From contig NC_087437.1 of the NCBI RefSeq assembly GCF_036321535.1, positions 40,426,001-40,490,000 on the forward strand: a stretch of 64,000 nt of DNA, in the 5' to 3' direction. The position numbers were made by a program, and so were the translations under genes. The stretch's first letter is position 1; every line of letters starts with the position of its first letter. Shown one piece after another: positions 1 to 14,500 of the stretch. The DNA comes from Camelus dromedarius (taxonomy: Eukaryota). The notes below the pieces were generated by a model. That model was not told the origin of the DNA. It did not search any database and was given only the letters and a program-made list of their open reading frames with translations.

Positions 1-1852
1 TTCCACCAACTCCCTCTTGCTCCTGTATAAAAATTTCACGGAGTTTCTCTATATAAATAAGCAATAAATTTCTAAAGGTTCACTTTGATAAGATTCCAAC
101 CTATCTAAAATGTGCAGATAAGACAAAGTCACTACCTTTCAAGTGGAACACTTTCAGAAAGCATCATGTATATATTAATTTTGATACATTGTGAATATAT
201 GAATTTTGATATATAGAGAGCAGAAAACACAATTCTAACTGGAAGAATGAGGATGACTCCAAAAGAAGGTAAAATTTTGATATGTCCGATTTCAGAGGAG
301 CATTTCATATAATTAACACTCTCAAAGATCTGCAGTGTACAACAAAATATATAAAGATGTATTTATCTAATTATAAAACAGTCCCTTTTAGTTACATCAT
401 ATTAAAAATCACCAATAGTTTTGTAACTTCTAACCTCTGCTCCTTTTTGCCAGGGTGTTCTGTTAAGTTAGAATGTCCTTCCTCCACCTCTATATCCATA
501 ACTTTCTTCAAGCCTTACCACAGGACTCAAAGAAACTTCCTACCTAAATCCTCAAGTATTCAGCAGCAGTCACCTATAAGCCAGCAACTTAATCTTCATG
601 ACCCATAGTCTTCTCATCTGTAAAATGGAGTTTATAATACCTTTTCCCAAAGACTTGCCAAGAAGATTACATACATGTCCAACAGGTAGTAGGCATAAAA
701 AAGTGACTGTTCCATTTCCTATTTTCCACGTATGAACTAAGAGTGTAAGACCTGTAGTAAGTGCTTAAGAACTACTTCAATGAAAACTGTTAAATTTTTA
801 AATCCACCATAATTTGCCACTTTCATGCATCACCACAATTCCTACACCAAGTCATATAAAATATACCAAAAAAGCACTCCGCTAACTAAAGCTTTTAGCT
901 GTAAGCTCCATATGTGCTTTTCTGTGTTATTCATTTAACCAAGACTTGTTAAGATTAAGAAAGGGACTCTGAAATGTAGACATGGATGACATGTACTCAA
1001 TACATTCAAGCATCACAGTATTCTAGTGTTACTGTAGAAGCAAAAGGCAAAGTGCTAAATCAAGTGAAGGTAGTGAGAACAACCGAAAAATATACTATTA
1101 AATACTGGAAGTTCCAAGGGACATCCAAATACACTGTCATGACTGATCAAATCATAAACTAGCAAGTGATCATCTTAAGAAAATTCTCAGGACTACCTTC
1201 ATAAGCAAAACTCAGCTATTCAGTAGCGATGAGGAAGAGTCTCAAAACAAGTAAAATAAAAATTGCTCCTTCCAATGACCTAGAGACAGCTTTCACACAC
1301 CTGTGCTCCACAACACATTCCTTGGACCTAGTGTCATAACTTCAAGGAGTATTGTTTTCACTTTGTCATGCCTGTAACCAGATCCAACCTGGAAAAGCCT
1401 GTACTGGAGACAGAACCTCTCACTTCACCACCACCACCACCAATCCAGTCCCAAAGAGTCCATTCCTCAAGCTGTTCCATTTCCAGACTATACTGAAAGC
1501 TTTATTTCAAAAGTTTTTATAATTAACATAACAATATGCAACACTTGATAATAGGTTAGAATACCTTATGAAGGAGAAGGAAATGTTTTTGCTGGTGAGA
1601 GAGGGGAGATTCCAAACAGGTATGGTCTAAGGGTTTACAACCTGACAAAAATAGAACATCAGTTTTATTTCTCATAAAGAAGAGAGGAACATTAACAGAT
1701 TAAAAAAAAAAAAACCCAGTTCTAATGTTTGGTCAGAATTTTAACAAATCTGGTAATGTTACCAAGGCTACTTTTTCACATTTGTGAATAAAAAATTACA
1801 AAGCCAAGTAAGTTTTTAAACACTGTTGCATTAGCTAATAAAGATGGGATTC

Positions 1853-2258
1853 TATGGCAGAGATAGCTGGTAATTCTCTAAAATCCATTCTTCATTTCCG
1901 TAGTAACAAAGTCCTAATTTTTAGCTAGGAATACGGCCACTGAGAATAAAAAGCAGTTTCTGCCCTACGTGTGGCCAATTTCTGACCAATGACATGTGAA
2001 TGAAAATGCCTGCAAATTCCAGGTGCCCTTTCCCCCTTCTCACTGATGAGACCGTGATCATGAAGATTAGCTATCTTGGAAAGAGCAACATTCTAGGGAT
2101 GGCAGAGCCAAGAGACACTGGGAACTTAGGTGCCCAACACAATGGAGCCCTGGACTGCTTACCTTTGGGCTACGTCAGAGAAAATTAAACTTTCTTATTT
2201 AATCAGATATTATTCTGGGTCTCTAATGGAACAGCCAAACATATACCCTAACCAATAG
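1853..2258 (+). mobile_element. Old MaLR LTR (MLT1J-like)
   Basis: tatggcagagatagctgg...ttttagctagg...ctaaccaata resembles the recalled MLT1J consensus. Confidence 0.5.
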
Positions 2259-5200
2259 AGATCCCCAATTTTTTGTGCAAGGAGGAGTTACTTTTTAATT
2301 TTTCTGAAGACGTGAGGACACCTGAAGATCAGCAGCGAAGAAAGAGGCAATAAGATAGAAACCACGATCAGTGTGATGATTTACCAGGGAAGACATATGA
2401 CATTTCGGTAAATCACAAACTACTGGCTGGAGATTCTGGTTATAGAACTAGTACAAACAGAGGCATAGCTTATCCTTTAAAAAAAAGAATAATCCTCATA
2501 TTAAGTTTTCATACCAAATTAAACTGTATATACTACTAAAACCAAAGCCACTAAATAAGTGACCTCACCATTTCACTCTACAGTATCTCCCGTAAACAAT
2601 GAAGTATACAGTAAAAGAAACACTTTATAAAATTTCCTTGGGAAATTAAATTATGAAGTATTTTAAAATTTGACACATTTTCTATAAACATATCTCTACT
2701 ATGAAACAATCATTTTTACAACTAAGTATAATTTAACATATAACAGTGTGTAAATTTAAGGTGTACACTGTGTTAATTTGATACATTTATATATAATGAC
2801 TGCTTTTGTAGCAATATTGAGCACTTCCTATTACATTTTTATCCTTTCATTGTAGTCATGGGGATAATTAAGTTTCTGTCTCTTGGCAAGCTTGATGATT
2901 GTAGTACAATATTGTTGTCTATATTCATTATACTGTGCATTCGATCTCTATGGTTTATTTACTACTCGTTGCATAGATTAATCATCTTTAAATCTTCCTT
3001 TTCCTTACCTCTGGTATCTTATCCTTTTAAACTACCCTCTGCCTTGTCTTCATTCAATTCTTTCCTTCCTCTTCTCACCATCACTACAAGAATCAGTTAT
3101 ATGCCAAACCTCTACATTCATCCTACAGATGACCAGCAGTGTTTCCAAAAACACTCTTGTCCATATCACCTGCCTAGAAATCTTCAGTAACCATCTTCAT
3201 GACAGCAAGATAACTTAGTTGAGTATCAAAGTAATCTAGAATCTGACTCTGCTCTGACTTTCCACTACTTCTCTGACCCAACTTTCTACTCTTCACTGCC
3301 CCCTCCTGAAGCTACCTAGCACTTGCACATCCTTTGTGCATTTATTCAGCACATGCTAACCTGAAAGGTTCTTCTTGTTTGTTATCTTAAATCTATGCTT
3401 TACCATCCAAGACCCAGGTCAAATCCCATCTCCACAGAAAACTAAACTAGCAATACTCTCAACCAGTTTTAAGATGCCAAGTTCTTACTGTCTATATAAT
3501 TCATTTAAAACTTACCATATGCTGCTCCTTAGTTATCTCTCTTGTGGAGACTAATTCCTACTAGATCAAAAGTTTCTCTTGGTTCTAGCACAGTCCAGCA
3601 CATGTATGTGTCTATTATATTATAAACCACGAGCATCATTAAATATGCTGAGATGCTTCCTAGGCAGTTTTCCATTTTTCTCCAATGTGTGCACATATAT
3701 TATATATGCTTTTTAGCCTAGAAAACTTTCACTTTACACTTACTGTAGACATAGGTAAGAAAAAAAATCCATGCACATTCATCTTTACAACTCTTCATTT
3801 CAAATGAAATTTTTTCTCAGATAAACAGTATGCATAACTAAAAGCAAGTATTCAGGAATTAAATGAAATTAAATTCATAACAACAAAAGGCAAAATGTAG
3901 ACACTGTTTGGATCTTAATTTGAAAAATAACTATAAAAGGACATTTACACAATTATACAACTAAGGAAATCTGAATATGGCCCAGGTACTAGATGACACC
4001 AAAGAACTGTTAATTTTATTTTACATGACACAGCATTGTAGTTATATAAAAAAGTATACTTTTTAAAGATGCACACTGAAGCACGTACAACAAGAACTAC
4101 TTTTTTTTTTTTTTAATAGGAAGAAGGGAAGAAAAGGGAAAGAAAAAGAAACAAAGAGGGAGGAAAGTGAGAAGAGAGGAATGGAGGGAGAAAAACAAAA
4201 GGGATGGATGAAGCTTAGTATGGCAAAATAAGGTCTGAAACTGGGTAATAATGTTGAGTCTGGGTGAGTGGGGATTCCTTTTACAGTTCTAACTGTATGT
4301 ATGAAATTCTTCATGTTTAACATTCTTTTAAATAGAAAAAAAACATCAAATTGAATTCAACATAAGTTAGCAATAAAAAACAAAATTTATACTACTATCA
4401 TACTCTGCTATTCAAATAAGAAGTAAAACAGTGATAAATCCATTGCAACAGTTCATAAACTACCAACATGACAGAGGTGCCTTCCTCTTAGTTAAGAATG
4501 AGGAAAACTACCAGCCAAGTCAGCATCTACTTTGCTTACCAGCATGCTATTTTACTTAGTTAGCAAAGTACAGGCACACGGTATATGCATAATAAATATC
4601 CGCAAAATGAATATATTAACTTTAGATGAAATATACTAACACATTGAGGATAATTACTTAGACACAGACGTTAATTCACTACTACAGAGCCCTGACTATA
4701 CTAAATGCTATTTAATTAAATTGATTTGTTATCAATTACAGAGCCATGATCAGAATCAATAAATGATAAAATATACCATTTTTGCATTTATCTGTATTTG
4801 TTTTCCTGCAGTCATTTTGTGTACCACTCTAACTTTTATGGACTATCCATTATTTAAGTCTATAGAAAAAGATTCTTTGACATTGAGAAGATTTAGTGCT
4901 ATTTCCTCTCTGAACAAATTTAATCACCTCTTGATCAAAGAGTACATCCTTAATACAACTGTAATACCCCCTGATATCAAACATCAGAATACATGAAGTC
5001 TACAACCAAGCAACTCAGAAGCTCTAAATTTTTAAGCAAACTCAGTAAAATAGTCATTAAGTCTGCTTAAGAAAAGAAAAGATGGGTTGTTTTGATGCTA
5101 AAATTCTGAATTACTTTCATATATAATGGAACTTTTCCCACCCACACTTCTTCAAAAATCAAATAACATTATGAAAATTAACACCAATTTTGCTATTTTA

Positions 5201-5376
5201 ATTATATGGCCATTAAGAGTCTGGTTAGCTTTCCCATTATTTTAGTCAAATAATGCATTATATAAAAATAAAAGTAAATACTTCCAAGTGAAAATCTGTG
5301 TAGAATAAAAATCCATGTCCTGTTTCAAGCAGTAAAAGTCAAAGTTAAAGAGTATCTTAAAGTAAAATCCACAAAC

Positions 5377-5536
5377 CTTCAGCAATCATGTCTTCCATCT
5401 CTGTGTCAGACGAATTATCTGCATGCTTTGCATTATTCTGTAGCTCCGGCTGAACACACACAGAATTTATCACCTGATTATCCAAAATAGGCCTTTTTTT
5501 CACAGGTTGTTCAATCAGCAAAGATGAACGACTCAC
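5377..5536 (-). CDS. PHC3: PHC3 exon 11 (160 nt; [21 protein letters not shown]...[10 protein letters not shown])
   Basis: ttttaaag|GTGAGT acceptor, GAAG|gtttgt donor; hand translation continues the PHC3 frame. Confidence 0.93.
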
Positions 5537-8500
5537 CTTTAAAAGAGAATAAAATAATCTTTTAAAAGACTTTCAGAAATAACTTAGTTAAAAAAATCTA
5601 TTGAAATGAATGGTACCTGTGACAATTTATTTGTACGATTTATCACATCCATTCATTAAGTGCTTTATTCCTTGAGAAAAGGTTAGGCAATCTGAACAGA
5701 AATGCTTTATATTGCAGATCATCAGCAGTATGGCTGCTTCAAAGTCTCGGTCAAATGGGAACTAGGGTCCTAGTTTAGGTAGGTAGTCTAAAAAGTCTTT
5801 AAAAGTCAGTAATAAATTTTGATTAACCAGTACTTTTAATTTATTTCTTCTACAACAACTTTTAAAATTCATTGTTCATGCACAAAGCTTTTTATTTGTA
5901 GGATTATCTCCTCAGGATAGATCATTATTATACGTACTTTAAAGATAAGGGAATTAATGTTCAAAGTATGTAGGTGATTTCTTTACAAAAGCAGAATCAG
6001 GACTAGAACTCAAGTCTCCTAACTCTTAGTTCAGCAACCTAATGCATTATAATCACAAAAATAACTGGAAAAATCCTCAAACATTAACATTAAAATAGAC
6101 AACAAAAATATATTCACTTATGTTCAGTATACTTGGTTAAGTCATGAAAACTACTTATTTTAGAAATGTTTTCAGCAAAACTAATCTAGACCAAAAAAAT
6201 TAACTGATTCACTACTGAACCCTCAGCTAATCTGAAAAAATGGAACCTTTTATTCTATTTGAGAATGCTGGTTAAGTCTCCAACATCTTCCACACAAGGT
6301 AAACAATAGCTTATTGGGAAATTTCTACATGTAACTCTAGGGAATAATCACCCATAAGCTTTTAAATTTTGTTCATTTCAGCTAGTATATGTAATATGCT
6401 TCAAGCAAAATTTATGGAAATTATTGCTGAAAAACATTCAGTGCTGCCAGGTATACACTTCTGGTGTGTGAATAAATAATCTTTCTAGACAATAATTTGG
6501 CAATATGTATCAGTCTTATGAATATACACATAATGTGATCCAATACCTGTACTTCTAGGAATTTACCCTAAGAAATTATTTAAAATGTGGACAATTTACA
6601 TACAAAGATTTTCCTCTCATGACTCTTTAAACAGTGAAAAAATGAAAACCTAAATGTCCAACAGTATAGTTGTCCCTCAGTATCTGCAGGAGACTGGTTC
6701 CAGGACTCCAGAGAATACAAAAATCCGGAGACACTCAAGTCCTTTACACAAAGTGGTGTATTTTTTTACATATAACCTATGCACATTCTCTCATATACTT
6801 TAAATGATCTCTAGATTACTTATAATAATGAATACAATCTAAATGTGAAGTAAATAGTTGTCTATGCACAGCAAATTCAAGTTTTGCTTTTTTGGAACTT
6901 TCTAGATTTTTTTCTTTCAATTTTTAATCTAAATTTGGGCTGATGCCCCAGATATAGAACCTTGGATACTGAGGACCAACCATAATAGAAGGATTACATA
7001 ATCATGGTTGTCCATAAAGTGGAATGTTACATAACCTTTCAAAATGTTTCCAAAGTATTTAACCAAATGAAGAAACAAATACTCAAGATATACTAAGTGA
7101 AAGAAGCTGAACTATATATATATGAAATAATCTTGAGCACATGAAAATATAGGTATTAAAATACACTCTGTGGTATTACTGAGGATTATTTGTTCTGTAC
7201 GTTTCCCAAATTTGTCATTAAAAAAAAATACATATTACTTTTGTAATCTGAAAAAAGAAGTTGTAACTGTTGCTAGTAATAAGTGATAATAGCTATGGCT
7301 GTTAAGTGCCAGGCATTACACAGAACAATTCATGTACATTTAGTCCTCACAGCAACCCTAAGAGCAAAGTAACACCTCTATTTGCTGGATGAACAAAATG
7401 AATTTCAAAAAGGTTGAGTGACTTGACAAAGGTTACAGTCACTACATGGCAGAGCTAGGATCCAACCACTAAGGAGGAGGGAGAAAAGACTGCTCCTCCA
7501 CTTTACTACATCAGACATTCTTATAAGAGATTCAAGTTTAATACACAGTAAACTGAAAACAAAGGCAACTGATTAGACAATCAACTATCAGAGTACAATC
7601 ACAATGCACTGCCATGAATTTGAAAAATAAGATGATTCAAAGGCCTTCAAAATAAATAATTTTGTTGTCTTGTCTTTGATTTGGGCTTTGATTTTGGCCA
7701 CTTGTCTTGATTTATTTTCTAAGGAAAAATGTTCATCTTTAAATATTAGCATATAATTAGGTACAGCTAATCTCTAGAGTTTTAGTGATAGATACAGCAC
7801 CTCCATTTTGAAGTGAGCATTTTGAAGCATTTAAAAAATCTGACTATAGATAAACAAGATTGTATTGTGTAGCACAGGAATAAACATCCTTTCTCTAAAA
7901 ATTATAAAATTGATAGCCTTATATCCTGAAAAATTTCTCTAGTTTATACTTCTAAATAGCTAGCATAAGATTCTAGAAGTATATTTGGAAATATATAAAT
8001 AATACATAGAAAGAAATTCTAGATAAAAGTAACAATTTTTGAAATAAAATTACAAGCTTTTTATTAGAGAATAATAGACTATAAATTTTAAAATAATGCT
8101 ACATGAATAATTTTAAAAGTACAGATTTGCTTGCTACTTACAGGAAATGGCTCCAATCCTTCCTGAATCACAAAACCTTCAATAACATGGGTCAAGATCT
8201 GTGGTTTAACAATAGCCTGTGGAGGTTTGTTTTCTACATTGGGTATGCTACTGGGCATAGATGTACTATTATTCCTTGTAGTGGCAGCTGGAAGTAAAAG
8301 CGGAGGTGGAGGAACAGAAACATGTGAAGGATCTGATGGAGATTTAATCACTGAAGCACTGACTGATGCCACAGCAGGTAATTCAACTTGCTCTGGAAAA
8401 AAAAAGTCATTAAAAAAATTTTTTTTAAGCATTCTGCTCAGGCAAATATAAAAGAAAATTCAAGAATAAACATTAATAACAATAATAGTTAATATCTGGT

Positions 8501-11500
8501 GCTTTAAAAAACATTCTAAGAACTTTCTATTTATTATCTCATTTAATTGCCACAATAACCTTAAAAGATACAAACTATCATCCCCACTTACAGAGGAAAG
8601 TGGTAACTTGGTCAAAGTTATCATTACAACTTGGTTAAAATGAACTGTCCCATAAGACATGAAAATGTTCTAGAATGTCAATTTAGAATAATCACTAAAC
8701 TAAACATTTTTAATTTTAAACTATATAGATATTAAATTTCCTAGGTTCCTGTTTATATATCCTAAATGGTAGTGTGGGGGGAGTACATTGAAAATACGCT
8801 TAAGTAAAAATGGATCATGAAATCCATGGAGTAGAGATTTTAATGAGTCATACAGATCACTACCTTTATTTCAAGCAGTAAGACTAATTCAAATCCATGC
8901 ATAAATGTCCTTTGTTGGGTTTTTTGTTTGTTTTTTACAACCCTTCAATGACACTGTATATGTCAGTTTTGGGGAACACTGCAGAAGCAGGCAACAGCAC
9001 AACGTTGGGCGGGATCACTGTGATTCCTTCCCTTCAAACTCTGAAGACCACAGTGAGATAGACCCGCAGCCTATGATGGAGACTTTACCTATCCATTCGG
9101 CAGCACTGAACCTTCACAGAACTGTACCAAAGTGGAAAGATGCAACCAGCTGATAGCTAGGAGTATCAGTGAGTACAGATGTCTAAGAAAAATAAAGAGC
9201 ATGCAGTAAAGAGAATACATACTACTTACTGAGCACTTAATATACCACGTGTAAATACCTTATACACTGTAACTCATTTTATCCTCAAAACTAGCCTATG
9301 GGTTAAGTACTATTATTATTTCCATTTTATAGATGTGAAAACCAAGACGCAAAAAGATAAAGTAACTTGCCAAAAGGCACACAGCTAATAAGCAGCGGGG
9401 CTGGGATACTAACCTAGGCAGTCAGGTTCTAGAGCCAATGCTTTTAATTGCTATGGTAACTCCTCTCCACCATCAGTATGAAAAGGATTGACATCACAAT
9501 CAAAGGTGGTCAAAATATAGCCCAGTTAGGTAGAGAAGAAAGAAAAGGAATCCCTGAATAATTAAAATTTCAGCTAAAAAATAGTATAGTGATCATCAGT
9601 GTAGTGTCAGAAATGGAAACGCTAACAGTTCACACTTAGTAACTCTGATGTGACTAACACCACTATGTAGCTTATCACAGCAATATTACAGACATAACTT
9701 AACCTCATTTCCAGGATAAACTGTACTGGAAGACGTGTTTAAAGTCACACAATCCCCCATTAAAAATTAAAACAGAAAGTCAGCAGTTTACTGATTTCTG
9801 GGAACAAATACACAATTGTACACATGTACTACCAAACCAAGGAACTTCACAAAAAACCTATCCCACATACTCAATCTTCACATATACTCCTAGAAAAAAA
9901 AAAGGACAAAAGATGTAAAATTCTAAAGAGGGACTGAGAAGCATTTTTTTCTGTTGGAAGGAAAATACAAACCTATGGAGAACTGAAAAATAAGAACATA
10001 TTTTAATCTCCCTTACAGATTTATAGATACTTTGTTATTTTAAAAATATAAAGCTGCATTAAGTATAATTTGGTTTGTTCAGAAAATACTGCTTGGTATA
10101 TTTCTAACTAATTTTTGGATCATATATACAAATGGATCTAAGTTTTGTTGAAAGTAGAGTTGTAAGTTACTGACTTTTTGAAGATGCTAGTTAACTATTA
10201 CTTGTGAGTTTATAATCAGCTGTTAAATTCAAAAACACAAAAAGCACTGATGTATTATACAGAACAAGAAAACAATTATTACATTCTCTAGATTTAAGAC
10301 AACTGTGTAAGAGAAAACCCAAGTTAACTGATATGACTTCATTACAGGTTACTCTGCCTATTTGCAGTCTCACTTTCTGAGCAAGATCCATTTTTCTACC
10401 CTTTTTATGGATGCTTTAAATTTTTGAAGAATTTTTATAGATTTATGAAGACTGAATATTGAATGGACACAAGTCCCTCTATTTTTGCAGGTCAGTTTAT
10501 TACATGATTTGAGGAGAGTTATTCTAAAAACCAACCCGTGCCTGCTTTCCCCCGTCATATACTACAGAAAAGTAGTAACAATAAGCACGAAGTAAATTTA
10601 AGGAAGATTCAAAAGTCTACGTTGTACTTAGACAATTTAGCCAGAGATATATGCTTGCCAGGATCTCAGATTGTATTTGTGAAGAAGCAATGTGAAGCTA
10701 TTCTTGAGTTTCAATATTTTAAAAATGTTTAATTTTCTTGAGTACCATTAGTAATGCTTATTAGGTAATTAAATCATAGTCATAATACAAGGTTAGTATC
10801 CATTTAAACATATAGTGCTGCCTTTAAATCAAAACTCCAGGAAAACTGCAGCAACATAAATCCATTTTCAGTGTACAGAAACAACAAAAATTTAATACTA
10901 CAGTTTTATTATTATTTTGAATAAACAAAGGCAGTACTATTAAACTTGTCTTAAATATTTTACAGAATTTTATTGAGAAAATGTTTTCTATTTTTTAGGA
11001 GGGGGAAAAAGTTGGAAGAAAATTGGTTTTCTCCTTTCCATGCTTTGCAGAGATTGACACTGGCAGTAAGGGATAAAAGCTGGAGAGAAGGGAAGTAATG
11101 GTTAAAGATGTGGCATGCTGAAGAAAAGCAAGGACAACGGTTGCTTTGGTAGCAAAGTCAATGCCCCGTTACAGTTTGTTTCCATGCCTAGTACAGTGGT
11201 TCTTCTTAACTGAAAGTGATCATAAGGGCCATGAGATTTTCAATAGAGCAGAACACTCTCACAACAAAGCCTGAATCAAGATTAGTATTATCTGGATCAG
11301 GGGTCAGTGAACTTTCCATACAGGACATACGGTCTCTGCAACAACTCATCTTTGCTGCAATAGTGCAAAAGCAGCCACAGATAATAGCAGAACAAACAAA
11401 TGTAGCTGTTGCATAGAACTTTATGGACAATGAAATTTGAATTTCACCTAGTTTTCACATGACATGAAACAATACTCTACTTTTGATTTTGTTTTTCACC

Positions 11501-14500
11501 ATTGAAAATTTCAAAACCATCCTTAGCTCATGGGCCATATAAAAAGAGGCAGCAGGAAAGACCTGAACTGAAGCATGAACCATAATTTGCCAATTGCTGA
11601 TCTAAATCAAATATTCATAAATTTAAAAAAAAAAAACCTAACACAGAATATATCTTTTTTAGGACTTAAACAGTGGCTGTAGGTCATAATGTTTTAATAA
11701 AATACCTAGGATTCACAGTCACTTTTATATTGTAAGAAGTATAGAGAGGATTTACTTGAACTCATAGGCTCTGAAGTAGTGAGTAAGAATTAATGCTTAA
11801 GCTCAAGAATTTTTTAATCCATGTCTCTAGTAAGAATTAGTGAGGCTTAATTTAAGTACCATCCGGGAAAGAACACTTTTAAAAGCACTTACTAAATCTG
11901 GATCATAAGCAGTTAGGAGGAATGTCAGATATGACTTCAAATGCTTTGTGATTTTTAGAAAGTATAATTGAAATCTTCGATAGAACTTTGATTTGTTCTA
12001 ATTTTTAAGCTGGAAATAGCCTGACACATGAATCTGAATGGGCATATGAAACATCTGTACACACCACTAAAAATTCAAAGACTGAAGTATGTTTTTACTT
12101 TGGGTGGTTCCTTAGCAATTGTTTTAACTGTTCCTCACCAAAAAAAATTTTTCTGAATTCTAATCTATGTTTTGCTGCAATTAATTACATAATAAATTAG
12201 CTTAATATCATCTCTAGTAGGAAAAAAAAAAGTTTCCCATTACTAACATTTATCTAATAAGAAAATTCCCCCAAATTTAGGTATGTCCTCACCTAACAAA
12301 GGATGCTCAGAAGTCAAATCTTCTCCTCTCCCCACAGTTATAGCTGCTGGAGACAACGTGGGTGGTGGTGGGGTTCTGTCCATCCGTACACATTCATCTG
12401 ATTCTTCTGGCATTTCTTCTTCACATACATCTTCTACTTGATAAACCTGCAACAACAAACCACACTGCCTAAAAATGTTCCTAAAATATATTTAATAAGG
12501 CGTTTCTAGTTAAAAATAAATTCTAAATGTTTTTAAAATTGAAGAGCAAGACAAAATGACAATTTGATTGAAAGGAAAACTTTAAATTCATTCAAATGAA
12601 GTTTTTCATAATACTTGATGATTTCACTGAAAGCAAGTTGTGGATCTAGGCTAAAAATCACTAAGGTTTCCCAAAAGGTGATAAATCAAATCAGGATATA
12701 TTTTTACATCTGTCAATTTTTTTTAAATGTTTTAATTTTACAGACTCAAATAACTATTTTGGAAATTTACTACTGTTTCTGTTAACTTCCAATTGTCATA
12801 AATCAAAATAGACACTAATATTTTTCACAAGCATGTTAAGTAATCTCCAAAATGACACATAATATATAAGAGAATGTACTGTCTAAAGGACTTCATCCCA
12901 GGCTCTTCTTCATTAAACTTATGTGAATTAAAAATTAAATTTTGAATGTAGTATCTTGAGTACCTATAAAAAAGGTATGTGATTACATCTTTTCTTTAAT
13001 CTTCCGATCTACTCAAGTATCTAATAAAATTTTTAAGCTAATATAAATTAAACAGAAAATATCTGTCTTTGAAATAATACATACATACACACCCCATCCT
13101 AAATATTTGACATGTTATTTTTAGTTCTTTAATATTGTTCTATTCTTACAGAAGAAAGTTTTTATCTTTCACTTAACTACTTTGTTATAGTATGGTAAAG
13201 ACAATACTTAAGAGGAAAACATGGACTTAAGAGCACTCTGAGAAGGAACTATATAACTAAAAATATCAAATTTCTTAATTGTTTTATTAAACTTAAGACT
13301 GAATTTTCAAAGTCCACTTGTAGAAATTGACACAGGTATTTTAATTTGTTGTCATTATTTAACCATTACTTTTGAAAGATGATACGTTACAAAAAAACAA
13401 AGTCATAAAGCAGTTCACCTCCCTTTTTATGTACAAAGCTTATTACTTAACTTTAAATAGTTATGAGGTTTTAAGATAACTTATCCAAACTGATTAGTAT
13501 TTTCCCCCTCTTTTTTAACTGAAGTATAGTTGATTTACAATACTGTGTTAGTTTCAGGTGTACAGCAAGGTGATTCAGTTATACATATGTATTATATATA
13601 TTCTTTTCAGATTCTTTTCCATTATTGGTTATTATAACATATTGTATATATGATTAATATTTCTAATAAATGTTAAAACAAAAACATCCCAACATTCACA
13701 AAAAAACTTTATGTGGTATCTTATATTGTATATAGTTTTTAATCAAAACTACTGAAAAAGTTTGATGATTTGAAATTAATATAAAAATGATCAAGATTTC
13801 TGAAAACCAGCATAAACCATGTATGATAAAAAGGACTATGAAGTTTCACCTACAAAGGCGTATCTAACAACACTGATAGAATTAAAAAAAAAAAAAAAAA
13901 AACCCAAAATCCCTAACTTTCCAAGCCTCTACTAAGAATAAAATATCTTTCCTTTCGCCTTTTTAAAAACTTCAAAATCTTACTGTTACTGATAATTCTG
14001 TATCAAAAATAACTTACAGAACTGTAATCTGAATCAGCTACTAAGGATGCAACATTTTAAAAAGTTACTTGCTCACAACCATGCATCTGGAAACCTGTTT
14101 CATAGAATTAAAAAAAAAAAAACCAAAAAAACCCTAACTTTCCAAGCCTCTGCTAAGAATAAAATAGCTTTCCTTTTGCCTTTTCAATAACTTCAAAATC
14201 TTAGTTACTGATAATTTTGTATCAAAAATAATTTATAGAACTGTAATCTGAATCAGCTACTAAGGATGCAACATTTTAAAGTTATTTGCTCACAACCCTG
14301 CATCTAGAAACCTGTTTCACCAAGAGAGTCCTTGCCTCATGTCTGGATCCTCAGGAGGGAGAGCAGTCGCTCATTGCTGTACAGTGCAGCAATGACAGCT
14401 GCTAGTATCTGTTCATGGAAGTTTTTTTAATGATGATAAAGTCCAATACAGGGAAAGGGATCCAAAAACAAAAATGTCCTAGGGGTTACAGAGGGGGGAG

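Noticed and set aside
1..5376. PHC3 exon 12 (FCS zinc finger)
   Set aside because: No CEFCG/KRFC-coding sequence found; presumably beyond the left edge
13876..14318. CRISPR-like or other repeat-spacer array
   Set aside because: Only two adjacent copies with no spacers, in a mammalian intron; no such array anywhere in the window
14371..14395. Iron-responsive element (CAGTGC loop)
   Set aside because: On the non-transcribed strand, and the 5-bp upper stem with C bulge does not form around CAGTGN
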